The translations under genes and the position numbers were made by a program. From positions 88,660,001 to 88,724,000 of the forward strand of contig CM060731.1 of assembly GCA_030704615.1 (NCBI GenBank): a stretch of DNA of 64,000 nucleotides, in the 5' to 3' direction. Source of the DNA: Takakia lepidozioides. Taxonomy: Eukaryota; Plantae; Bryophyta. Under the pieces are notes generated by a model. That model made no database searches, was not told where the DNA came from, and worked only from the letters and a program-made list of their open reading frames with translations. Positions within the stretch are counted from its first letter, which is position 1, and every line of letters begins with the position of its first letter. Below, piece after piece: positions 50,761 through 61,505 of the stretch.

Positions 50761-53700
50761 GGGTCATGACACAAGGTCGAGGACAATGTGGTGAGGGCAC
50801 CTTCTTCTTCAACCTATTTCAGCCTGTTTTGCCCTCTCATCAGACTCGTCCCTGGATTTGCATGTTGAATTCTGTAATTTAGCTCGTTGGGTGGATCTGC
50901 ATGGGATAGCTGAAGGAGCAGGGATAGAGTGTGGGTCCAGATTCATTCAAGAGGGCCAGATTTCAAGCTCCAGATTATGTATGACTCCCTATGGATCAAT
51001 AGCTACAAGAAACCTGCATGGGTAGGTCGTGTTGTGATATCTCCCATGGATGCTGAAGACGAGTTGTGCTAAAAAAACAGAGTGTGCCCTGGTACGATCG
51101 ACCACCTTAGCAACAAGTCCTGACAAAGATGGTATTTCTGAAGGGTTGTATGGTGAAGAGAAGCGTGAATTGAAGAAAGAGGATGTTGCAGAGGAAGGCG
51201 ATAAACAAGGAGGTCCTCCAAAGAATAAAATGCATTTGGCATTCCTTGACATTGCTGAGGTTGTAATAGATGGAGCACTCAGTCAGAGCAAGGGAGTGGA
51301 AGGTGTAGGGATATGTCAAGAGACCAGCGCGCATTTGGACACTAGGAGATGCAGAAGTGAGGTTGATGAGGTCAGGGAGATGGACATGATGAGGTTGGGC
51401 GCTCCCTATCCTATGATACACGGGCAGCAAGTCAAAATTGTTTTTACTTTGATGCAATGACAAGTGAGGAGGATGAAGGGGAAGGACAAGCTAATTCTTC
51501 AGGCGATGACAACGATGATCTGAATCTGAACTGGGGTAAGAGTAGTCCGATTGGTATTCCAGGGGCACACTCAAGTTCAGACATCCTGTTCATAGTGGTC
51601 AGGATCTTCTACTCTCTGTAATCCAACAGGCATTCACCTTTTTGCCTTGATTGTCCCACCATTGACTGGGGTCAGAAAAGTTCTTTGTGGGTGGGGATAT
51701 ATGTAGGACCTGAAGATTCACCATCTTCTAGATCCCATGCATATTGAGAAGAATGTCTGCTCGTCCCTTTTTCGGGTTCTTCATGGCACGCCGGCAAAAA
51801 AGGGAGTGGCTGCAAAAGGAGATTCTCTCGGTGTTAGAAAGGAGCTTGAGGAATAGGGTCGCATGCGCCATCTATGGGCCGAACAAAATGGTGTGGACCC
51901 AAAGGGTGTTGTACGGTGGAAGTATAGGCGCGCACCTTGGCAATGGACAAAGGAGGAATACAAAAAAGTGATAGCCACCATAAATGTTGTCCGAACACCA
52001 ACTGGTTATGGGTCATCCCTCCGTACGAAGTTCAGCAAGGAAGACGGGGTCCATGGTTTGAAGTCTCATGACTACCACAATCTATTGCAAGACATCTTGC
52101 TCATTGCAGTACGTGGGACATTGACTCCCACTTAGTGGAAGAGGCTTCGATTGCCGGCCCCGTTCATTCTCGGTGGATGTACTTCCTTGAGCGTTATATG
52201 AAGACTTTGAAAGGATTTGTAAGACAAATGGCGCACCCAGAGGGTAGCATGGCGGAGGGGTATACGTTGCAAGAAGCTATGTTCTATTGCACGGAGTACA
52301 TGGCAAGGGTGGATTAGGAAGCCCCTCGGATGTCAAAGGAAGAGGAGGATGCACGAACCAAAGACATCATTTTGCCCAAAAAATCAAAGAGGGTAAAATT
52401 GCCGACCTTGGTGATTGAGCAAGCGCATGACTTCATACTGAAGAACACCCCATCCATACATGAGTGGGAGGCAAGATACAATAATCTTGTTCAGCAACAA
52501 GAGGAGGAGACGCTTGCATAGAGGCGGAACCATCCAAGGCCGGTTACTAAACGTCCACGACGAGGAGCGGGCCGCCGGAATGTTCCTTCACAAAATTTGA
52601 TCATGGAATTGCAGCCTCTAAGTTCATTCCAACAATGGCTTTGGACTTCAGTTTATGACGCCGTTGTTCAAGGAGAGGTGGTTTCAGATTTGGTGCAAGA
52701 CATTGCAAGGGGCCCCTCTCAATTCGCGACCTCATACACGGCGGTTTGGGTTCACGGTCGTCATTTCCGCATTCGTGCTCTTGACATGAAGCACAAAACA
52801 ACCTTTGATTCAGGCTTGTGTACCACATATTGACAAGACTCCGTGTGGGGCAAGGGAGATACATAACCTCCTATGAGCAAACTTGAGTACATTGGAGAGC
52901 TTGAGAGCATACTCCAACTTCAGTATACGGTACCGGCCTCTTCTCTTCAAGGGAAGGTGGTTCCAGCCACATCTTGTGGGGCCCACCGCAACACTAGTGC
53001 AAGATGATTGTGGTTTCATGCGTGTCAATGCAGATAGGCTCAACCCTACTAATCGTCCCTCCGATGAGTCTTTTTCACGGCCTTCAGACATGGAGCAAGT
53101 TTTCTTCTCCGATGACAAAACAAGAGGGGGGAATTGGAAGGTGGTTGTGCATGCTCAGCCAAGAGGAAGACGTATCTATCATGGTCTCGGATCTCCATGG
53201 GGTGAGGCAATTGCGGTGGACGGAGAGACTGGACATAATGATGCTGATGATGGAGGTTGGGTAGAGGGGGTGGAAGAGGATGATGACGCCCCGGACAATG
53301 CATCCTGAACCCTATATGATGAAGCTCTAGAAGATACGGATGTTGGAGAAGGAGACGAAGACACGGCCATTGACAACGAGGTGGAGGATGATTCGGAGGT
53401 GCCTTTTGAGGGCCAGGCCATTTATGACGATGACTCCAATGACCAAGAAGACTTGCAGCTTGATGAGGATGAAGAAGCTCCGGATGATGATGTTCAAGTT
53501 GATTAGACACAAAATCAAAACTACATAACAATTCTCGCACCAAACTGGACCCATCCCTTCGATTGATTGTACATGTACATGCATATTGTACTTTATTTCT
53601 ATGATTGATCAAATATGGCTGTGGCTGGTAGTCTTTTAAGAAAGAAGGCAGAGGCAATGAATATGTTGGAGTAACACATACTTAGATGGGCGGCGTGGGC

Positions 53701-53769
53701 GTAGTACTTGCAGCTTGGTTTATTGGAGTTGTGAAATCGATGTGTATTGCTACCTGGAATATGTGTAGG

Positions 53770-55625
53770 TTTTAAGGTTACAGCTCGGGAAAAGAATAGT
53801 GGGTGAAACAACTTGTCAAGCGAGCGAAGACTGTTGTGTCGTTCATCCACTCACACCACATCCCTTTGACAATATATAGGAGGCACGAACCCAAATACAG
53901 CCTCCGCAATCCAGGCAAAACTCGTTTTGTCACTAACTTCTTGATGGTGGATCGGTTGGTACCGGTGTTAATCGTCTTGCGGGAGTTTGATGGAAAACAA
54001 CCAGTAATGGGCAAGGCATGGTTACTAATGCAAAATCTTAAGAAGCACGTCCAATCTTTGAGGCATCCTCCCTTCTCCTTGGAACCTGAACTTGCGGCAG
54101 TGCTGAGGATGCATTTTACGACCGTCGTTCGATGGTTCGAACAGACTTGCATTATGCGGGGGCTTTGCTCAATCCATTCTTGCTCGACAATACCATGCTC
54201 CGAGACGACGCTGATGCCAAGGCCAACCTCGTGCGAGGACTCATGCGACTGGCTCCGCCAAACCATGTAGAGAGAGCTATATCCGAGTACTAATGATTCT
54301 CAGATCGCCGCGACCTTTTTGAGGACATGCCGGATCCAAAAAAGCTCAATATGTTGCCACATGAATGGTGGGATCTGATTGGAGCTGGAGCAAGAACATT
54401 GGCTCCCATTGCGAAGCGTATTCTTGCTCAAGTGTGCTCAGCCTCATCTTGTGAACGCAATTGGAGCAGTTACTCATTTGTTCACAACAAGATTCGCAAC
54501 AGGTTGAATCCCGCGAGGGCTGACAAATTGGTGTATGTGTATACCAATTGCCGACTGCTACGTGATAGGGCAGCGGATGATGCTGTAGCATGATATGAGA
54601 GAAATTTGCATTCCGAAGACTCTGCTTCTGAGGCTGATTCGATGAGTGACGATACTGAGTCTTAGAGAGAATCATCTCAGAGGGAATCATCTTAGAGGGA
54701 ATCATCTGCCTTCGATAGTAAAGATGGATCTGATGATGCTCCCGAAAATGCGTATGACCCGTTTACATTCACAGATGATGATGCTTATATCCAGCCGACC
54801 TTTGATGACCTTCTTGAAGAAGTGCGTATCGCAGATCAAAGTGAAGCTGCAATTGAATCATCCCCAGAACATGGTCCTCAAAATGAAGTTGGGGTCGACC
54901 CTCGCCCCCCACTACATGTTGAAGCCACCGGTGGTGCCCCAATGGAGCTTAGGGGTGATGTACTGCCAGGACCGATCGACGTACGCAACCATGTTCATAC
55001 AAACGATGGTGTCGAACCCATTGTACAGTTGACGGGACGATCATGCCTCACCGATACGACCAGCTCCACCACAATGTCAAAACCGATCAGTTCCCCATCA
55101 ACACAGCGGGCATTAAAGAGCAACAGGGTTGATCTATTTTCCACACGCACGCATCATTCTGCTGCATTGGACCGAGTGGAAGTTGAAGCCTCGGATGATG
55201 ACAATCTGCCACTACAATTCCACCTTAATCGACGTGTTGCGCAGCAGACCCGTGGTTCCTCACATGCCGGACCATCTAATGTCGGTCCATCTCGGGCAGA
55301 CCCCCCTCCGGTACCTCCTTCGAGACTACCTTCGATTGCGTCCCAAGTCCATAAACGACAGAGAACAGTCCAACCTTTTGTAGGCGATCGGCCCACAAAC
55401 AGGCCAGATACCGTGGATGGTATTCAAGACCGGAGTGGGAGTCGACCTCAGAGAGAACTAAATGTGGTTCGAGGTCGCTTGCAGATTCAAAAGCCTGGAC
55501 ATATGAGGTCGGATAGGGAGGACGATTCCAGCACTGATCATGGCAACGGTGGTGAAATCGAGGGTGACCCGGATTTTCAACCCATCGGAGCATTAGGCTT
55601 CTTCGTCCCGCCGTCGAAGCAGTAG
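53770..55625 (+). pseudogene. hAT transposase C-terminal fragment
   Basis: PGKTRFVTNF; WWDLIG...AKRILAQVCSASSCERNWS...RNRL...KLVYVYTN (dimerisation domain); acidic, low-complexity tail. Confidence 0.88.
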
Positions 55626-55902
55626 AAGGAATTGAATCAAAACAGCGGTAGGCATGCATCAGCACATTTTAGTGGACATGATTATATTTCTATAGTGAAG
55701 TAATACCAATGTGATCATTGTCACTATGAGTATTTGTATTGTTGTTGTGTATGTGTTGGAAAATAAAAGATGTTGTCCATGTGTATATCAGCCAAAATGT
55801 CGGCCAAATGCACCGTCACTTGCTCATGTTTGTGTTTGGTGATTTGCTTGTGGAATGGAGAACAATTGTGCCATACTTCCAACTGTGCATTCATTTTTAT
55901 TT

Positions 55903-56800
55903 AAATGGAGCGACCGCCAAGCTGGCGGTCGCTTCTACGAGGTCTGTTTTTATAAATGCAGCGACCGCCATTACTGGCGGTCGTTTTATTTTTATTTTTT
56001 GGCGAAATGGAGCGACCGCCATTTGTGGCGGTCGTTTTTACTTGTTTTTAAATGGAGCGATCGCCAAGGTGGCGGTCGCTTCTACGAGGTCCGCCCTGCG
56101 CGTGGAGCGAGGAATGAGGGGGTGGGGGGGCATATAAGACCCCAGTCATTCTCCCCTCACTTCCATTACTTGCAGTTTTTGTTTTTACAAAATGCAGCGA
56201 CCGCCATTTCTGACGATCGCTGTAATGGTTATTTTTAAAAATGCAGCGACCGCCAGTTTATTTTTTTATTTTTAGAAATGGGGCGATTGCCATTACTGGC
56301 GGTCGCTTCTATTTAAATGTTTTTGAAAATGAAGCGACCGCCATTACAGGCGGTCGCTTCTCTATATTTTGGAGGAAAATCGAGCGACCGCCATTACGGG
56401 CGGTCGCCACAATTGTTTTGTTTTTTGTAAATCCAGCGACCGCCACTACTGGCGGTCGCTTTTATTAAAATTTTGTTGGAAATGGAACGACCGCCATGAC
56501 TGGCGGTCGCTTTTATTTGAAGCGACCGCCTATGTTGGCGGTCGATTAGTTATTTTATTTTCGGAAAATGGAGTGTGGCGGTCGCAGTTTTTTTTTAATC
56601 CGGAAAATGGAGCGGCCGCCTGTTCTGGTGGTCGTTTTTATTTTTATTTTTATTTTTAATATTTCCGGAAAATGGAGCGACTGCCATTTATGGCGGTCGC
56701 AGTTTTATTTATTTATTCGGAAAATGGAGCGACCGCCATTTCTGGCGGTCGCTTATTTTTTATTTTCCGGAAAATGGAGCGACCGCCAAGTTGGCGGTCC
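55903..56800. repeat. Array of short hairpin units GCGACCGCCA-N(2-4)-TGGCGGTCGC separated by A/T tracts
   Basis: Directly visible. A larger unit is also duplicated at about 56080-56165 and 56803-56890. Confidence 0.92.
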
Positions 56801-57404
56801 CCTTCTAGAAGATTCGCTCTACACGTGGCTCGAGGAATGGGGGGGGGGATATAAGCCAAGGGAGGCTCATTCTCCCATCATTTCCTCTCCACACAACTTC
56901 TGTGTGTATGACATTTCATTATTCCACGACACGTAGTCATGTGGAGAAGGAGGCCATTGGTTGGGTGAGGGGTATTTTTTGCCGCGATTTTTGTGAGGTC
57001 GTTGCAGATTGCTCCCATAGGTCCTCCTCTGACTTCCAGGATCATTTTATTCTACAAAATTAGCTTTTAGAAACTATTTTGACACCTACTCAAACCTACT
57101 TAATGGGGGAAGAGTTTAGAGTTACGTCTTATTAGAAAACCTCGTTTAGTGTTGCTCCGATTGTTGCAGAATGGCAGAGGGCCAGGACGATGACCGTCAT
57201 GGAAGAGATGACCCCAATGAACATGGACCGCCCTCTAAGAAAATCAAATGGTCAAGGCAAGACTTAAATTGGGAAGTATATGGTGACCCTAGCATACTAG
57301 CAGAAGAGGGCTGGGAGGATGTTTCGGAAGAGTTCCGATGGCCGATGGCGAGATGCAAAAAATTCGTGAAATGGTACCACATCAATCGATTGTGGCCTTT
57401 GGAT

Positions 57405-59844
57405 AGGCATGTTTTTCGAGACAATGGTCCAGGGTTGATTTGGGACAATGTGCTACATCAATTGGTGGAGCCTAGTGCGGATGAGCGAGAGCGGGCAATG
57501 AGGTTTGCCACGGGCACTATAGCTGTGCCAGTTCTGTCAGAGGCATCACGACGCCAGGTGTTGGGTCAGACAATGGATCTCAATTGCTTGACATGGGTCA
57601 TTGGCTTGTGCATGGCTGAGCAACGGAGATTGCAAGCAGTGGTGGCTACTTCGGCACTCTCATTGGATAGTGCATCCTCCCTGCCAATCGAGATGGTTGA
57701 GGCAGTGAGTGGGGACGAACACAGGATCGTGGGGGTGCAAACACCCATGGCAGATGTGGGATGAGTTGCGAAGAGAAAGAGAGAGTCATTGGATCTCTCA
57801 AGGATCAATACGAGGAGTGAGGAGAGCCATACATGGAGGATCAGTTGGAGGCCAAGGTGACCAATGTTTTTGAAGAGGTTGAGAATCAAAGGATGTTCTC
57901 AAGGTGGCTACGGCGGAGCAAGTGGAGGTTACGCCACAGTCAGGATGGGCGGACAAGGCCCAAGAGGTTGCTATCTAGCAACCAAAAGATGCGTCTCCTA
58001 CCTCCAAGCCTGGTGTACACCCAAGGTTGCAGTCACTAAGGACAATTGGGAACCAGATGTTGGAGCTACAGTCACCGGAGGAGAGAGACAAAGGATCCAA
58101 CGATTTCTAAGGGCTTATAGAAATTGCTTTGCCTTCGGTTTGAAGGATTTGGGGAGCTTGAAGGGCCAGGAGATTCGTATTGATTTAGCAAGTGACACGC
58201 CAATTCTTCGAAAGCCCTACATGTATAGTGACATGGAGAGGTCTTTGATCCAGTCACGGACTATGGAGTTGTTCGAGGCTGGATTGGTGGAGTTGTCAGG
58301 CGGGGAGTATGCCTCGACAACGGTGATGCCAGCTAAGAATGATATCTATGGCAATTGGACAGAAAGAAGGATGTGTGGGGACTATCATCCTGTGAACCGT
58401 CAGACTAAGTCCGATAGATATGTCATGCCAACTCCAGAGGAGATCTTTGATGCCATTGGGCATGCGAAGTGTTTAGCACATTGGACTTGCGATCCGGTTA
58501 CCACCAGTTGTCAATCAAAGAGGCTGACAAACAAAAGACGACATTCTGGGGGATTGACCAGCATGGGAAGGATTGTTTGTACCAATGACGCTTCCTACCA
58601 TTTGGGTTGAAGAATGCTCCTGCAGAGTTTCAGAGGGTCATGGATAGGATTTTTGCAGGGCTAGACTTCACCCGATGCTACATTGATTACATCATCATCT
58701 TTAGTGCCACGGTTGAGGAGCATGAGAGATACCTTCAGGTGGTGTTTGAGCGCTTGAGGGCGCATGGATTGAAACTGCACCCTGGAAAATGCAAGTTCTC
58801 CACGATCAGATTGAGTATCTGGGCTACATGATATACCCTGGAGGATTGGGTGTTCAACAGACAAAGGTGGAGGCCATTGCACGCATTCTACGCTCCATAG
58901 ATGTAAACAGAGTTCGTGCTTTCATGGGGTTGGCAAACGTTTGTTAAGGGATTTAGCAGCATTGCGAAGGCTCTTACCAAGTTAACCAAGGTGGGTCAGG
59001 AGTGGCAGTGGGAGGAGGAGCAAGAGGAGCAGGAGGAAGCCTTTGAGGAACTCAAGGCTCGATTGACTTTTGCGCCTATTCTGAGGCGGCCTATTCGGGG
59101 GCGGCCTTTCCAGCTACATACGGATTGGAGTATGCTGGGGATTGGAGCAGTGCTCACATAGGTGGATGATGAGGGAAGAGAGTTCGTAGTGGCATATGCT
59201 AGTCGCTCGAACAATGATGCTGAGGTGAAGTATAGTTCATATGAAAGGGAGTGTCTAGCTGCAGTATGGGCAGTGACTCATTTTAGATACTACCTCTATG
59301 ACAACCACTTCACCCTTGTCACGGATCACCAACCATTGAAGTGGTTGATGGAGTCAGACAAGCTTACAGGGAAGCTTGCACGGTGGGCACTTATGCTTCA
59401 AGAGTACGACTTCCAGGTGGTGCATCGAGCCGGTATAGTCAATCGGGATGCAGATGGGTTGAGTCGTAATCCATGCATGTGTATCTGCAGCAGATAGCGC
59501 CTACAACCTTGGATGTCACAGCAGGACGTGTGATTCTAAAGGTCAGGGAGGTGTTGCCTTCATGAGTGTTGATTCTGGAGGGTTGAGATGGCATTGTAAG
59601 GAAGGACCATGTGTGCAATTGTGCGCCATGTCATCTTCCACATGTGGATGGGAGGATAGATCCCAACTTTGCAGTGGTACCTGCAGGTTTGCGTTGCATG
59701 CTATGTGGGCATGCTGGTGGTGCCGCAACCATGTTGGTGTTTGACAAATGCTCAAGGGGGTGGCACATGTGATGCTTGACACCGCCACTTGAAGAGGTTC
59801 CTAGCGGAGAATGGTTGTGTCCACGATGTCTTGGACAGAGATAG
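57405..59844 (+). pseudogene. 3' half of the gypsy pol: methyltransferase motifs IX-X, RT, RNase H, PHD finger (integrase core deleted)
   Basis: EPSADERERAMRF (IX); RRQVLGQTMD (X); RRMCGDY and KNAPAEFQR...YIDY (RT); LHTDWS...AYASRS...TDHQPL...DGLSR (RNase H); CMLC...MLVFDKC...WHM*C...PSGEWLCPRC (PHD, 59695-59829). Confidence 0.9.
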
Positions 59845-60093
59845 TGGACATGACAATGGTGAGGTTGACAAAGGTCTAGCTAGTGGGGGTTCAACGCCAT
59901 AGATCCCCCAGTGAAAGCCATGGATTGTAGGAAGGCGACTAACGATGGGGCTACTTTTGCACCCGGCCTCTTGATCTATCAACTTCGGATACTGGGGACT
60001 TGTGCGATTGAAGACCAAGCAATGATCTTATTAGGGTGGATACTTGTCAGCTACCGGTGTTAGAGGGACCTAATCACCAGCTAGGGGGGTGAT

Positions 60094-60623
60094 TGGCATA
60101 GCTTTCTAGGATTGTGTGCTTAGAATGTATGGTGGACAACGATGTATGTTGTGGCACGATGCCTAGGTGCACGGCAGCTGTCATGGTTTTAGTCATGGTT
60201 AACTAGAATTACCTACTTCTAGTTAATTAGGACATTTTGGATATTTATATTTGTATTTTGTGTGTTGGGACTTCATTTGGTCTCATGCCAAGTGAGGTAT
60301 CAAGCCTCACTTGGGACATGGGGATGGGTTTCCCCTTTGTGAGTGTGGAGGAAAGTTCATCTTCTTGTAGTTGAGCCTCCATGAGCCTCTCTCACCTCTA
60401 TAGCTCTAGGTATTGAGAGGGAGTGTGTTGAGGGCTTTGTAGGGTGCCCTTAGCAAGGGTGCCCTTGGCTTGACTTAGTTTATGTGATTGAGTGGATCAT
60501 GATTGGAGTGTTTCCATTATATTCACTTTCATTATCATTGTGGCATAGCTTTCTAGGATTGTGTGCTTAGAATGTATGGTGGACAACGATGTATGTTGTG
60601 GCACGATGCTTAGGTGCACGACA
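60094..60623 (+). repeat. Rearranged 3' LTR after the polypurine tract
   Basis: PPT AGGGGGG at 60083-60089; an ~85-bp LTR-end unit at 60094-60176 and 60539-60623; LTR start at 60179. Confidence 0.75.
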
Positions 60624-61505
60624 AATTAATTTTTTCGATGTGATACGATTTTCTTTTCTTTGGTTTTTTTCAGGGCAATTTGAGCAGTTTGAGAAAAATG
60701 TTGACGATGACGAGACACTTGAAAGGCCCCTTTCTTGAGGAAGAGGAAAACAATTCAGATGGGGTGGTCTCTCAGGGTGGTACCACAGCCTGAGCCTTTT
60801 TGTTACTTGAATTCAGGGCCTTTGTACCCTTTCAATATAGTTCTAGTGACAACTGAAAAGTGGGAGACTTGTTTTAGTGTAGAGCATGAGTAGGGTAGTT
60901 GCTCCCAGATTTCCCTTTTATAAAAATATAAAGATTACAAAATGTGATTGTGGTTGACTCAAAAATTGCAGGGGTCTCAAGTTTCAAGACAATGAAATTG
61001 ACGGCAAGTTACAAGCTGGAGTGATGATATCATTGTCTACATGACTGCGAATCTTCTTTAATTTTCACAAGACAACTCTAGGTGTATGCATATGAAGACA
61101 AACAAGTGGCCCAACTCCCATCCAAACAAAAAGGAACAGCACAGTAGACAACATTTGTGTACCTGAGATGATCTGCGAATTCACTCAACCAAGCACAATG
61201 CTGGAAATTGGACACTCCAGGGGCAGTTTTTATACCAACGTGTAGCCCATTCTTTTGATCGGGGCTCAACAAATGACAAATTTGACTGAATGACCACCAA
61301 GATCCAGATGGCAATTACAAAACTTACAAGCTGGGTAAAGTACATCACCAAAATCAGGCCCCCCCTTAGCAGACTATATCTGCTGCATTCTTGGAGTAAA
61401 CAATGTTGGTGGAAGTATATAACCAGTAAGGGGTTTATACAGCTATGCTAAAGCCTTCTTTACATCCTCTCCTGTTGAATGACTAACCACCTGGTTACTT
61501 ACATT

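Larger units (their letters stand above)
47825..53520. mobile_element. CACTA element, other end (inverted), with a PDF/PPR pseudogene and transposase fragments (plus, 51683-53300)
   Basis: CACTACAACAGA at 47825. Transposase reads DPMHIEKNV, GLKSHDYHNLLQ, GPVHSRWMYFLERYMKTLK, HFRI...TFDSG and QVFFSDD...WKVV, followed by an acidic tail. Confidence 0.85.
39581..60623. mobile_element. Rearranged Ty3/gypsy element (PR - C5 DNA methyltransferase - RT - RNase H - PHD) with nested CACTA, hAT and TIR insertions
   Basis: LTR start TGTCATGG at 39581 recurs at 60179; LTR end CACGACA at 60623; AATT on both flanks. The 5' coding half is on the minus strand (43913-46125) and the 3' half on the plus strand (57405-59844). 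Confidence 0.65.

Noticed and set aside
51050-51460. 136-aa acidic ORF
   Set aside because: No recognisable motif or splice structure; it lies in scrambled transposon cargo.
54822-55625. 267-aa ORF as an independent gene
   Set aside because: Low-complexity continuation of the frameshifted hAT transposase, with no domain recognised.
55903-56800. CRISPR-like array of palindromic repeats
   Set aside because: Spacers are low-complexity A/T tracts, the repeats vary, no cas genes are present, and the context is a eukaryotic transposon.
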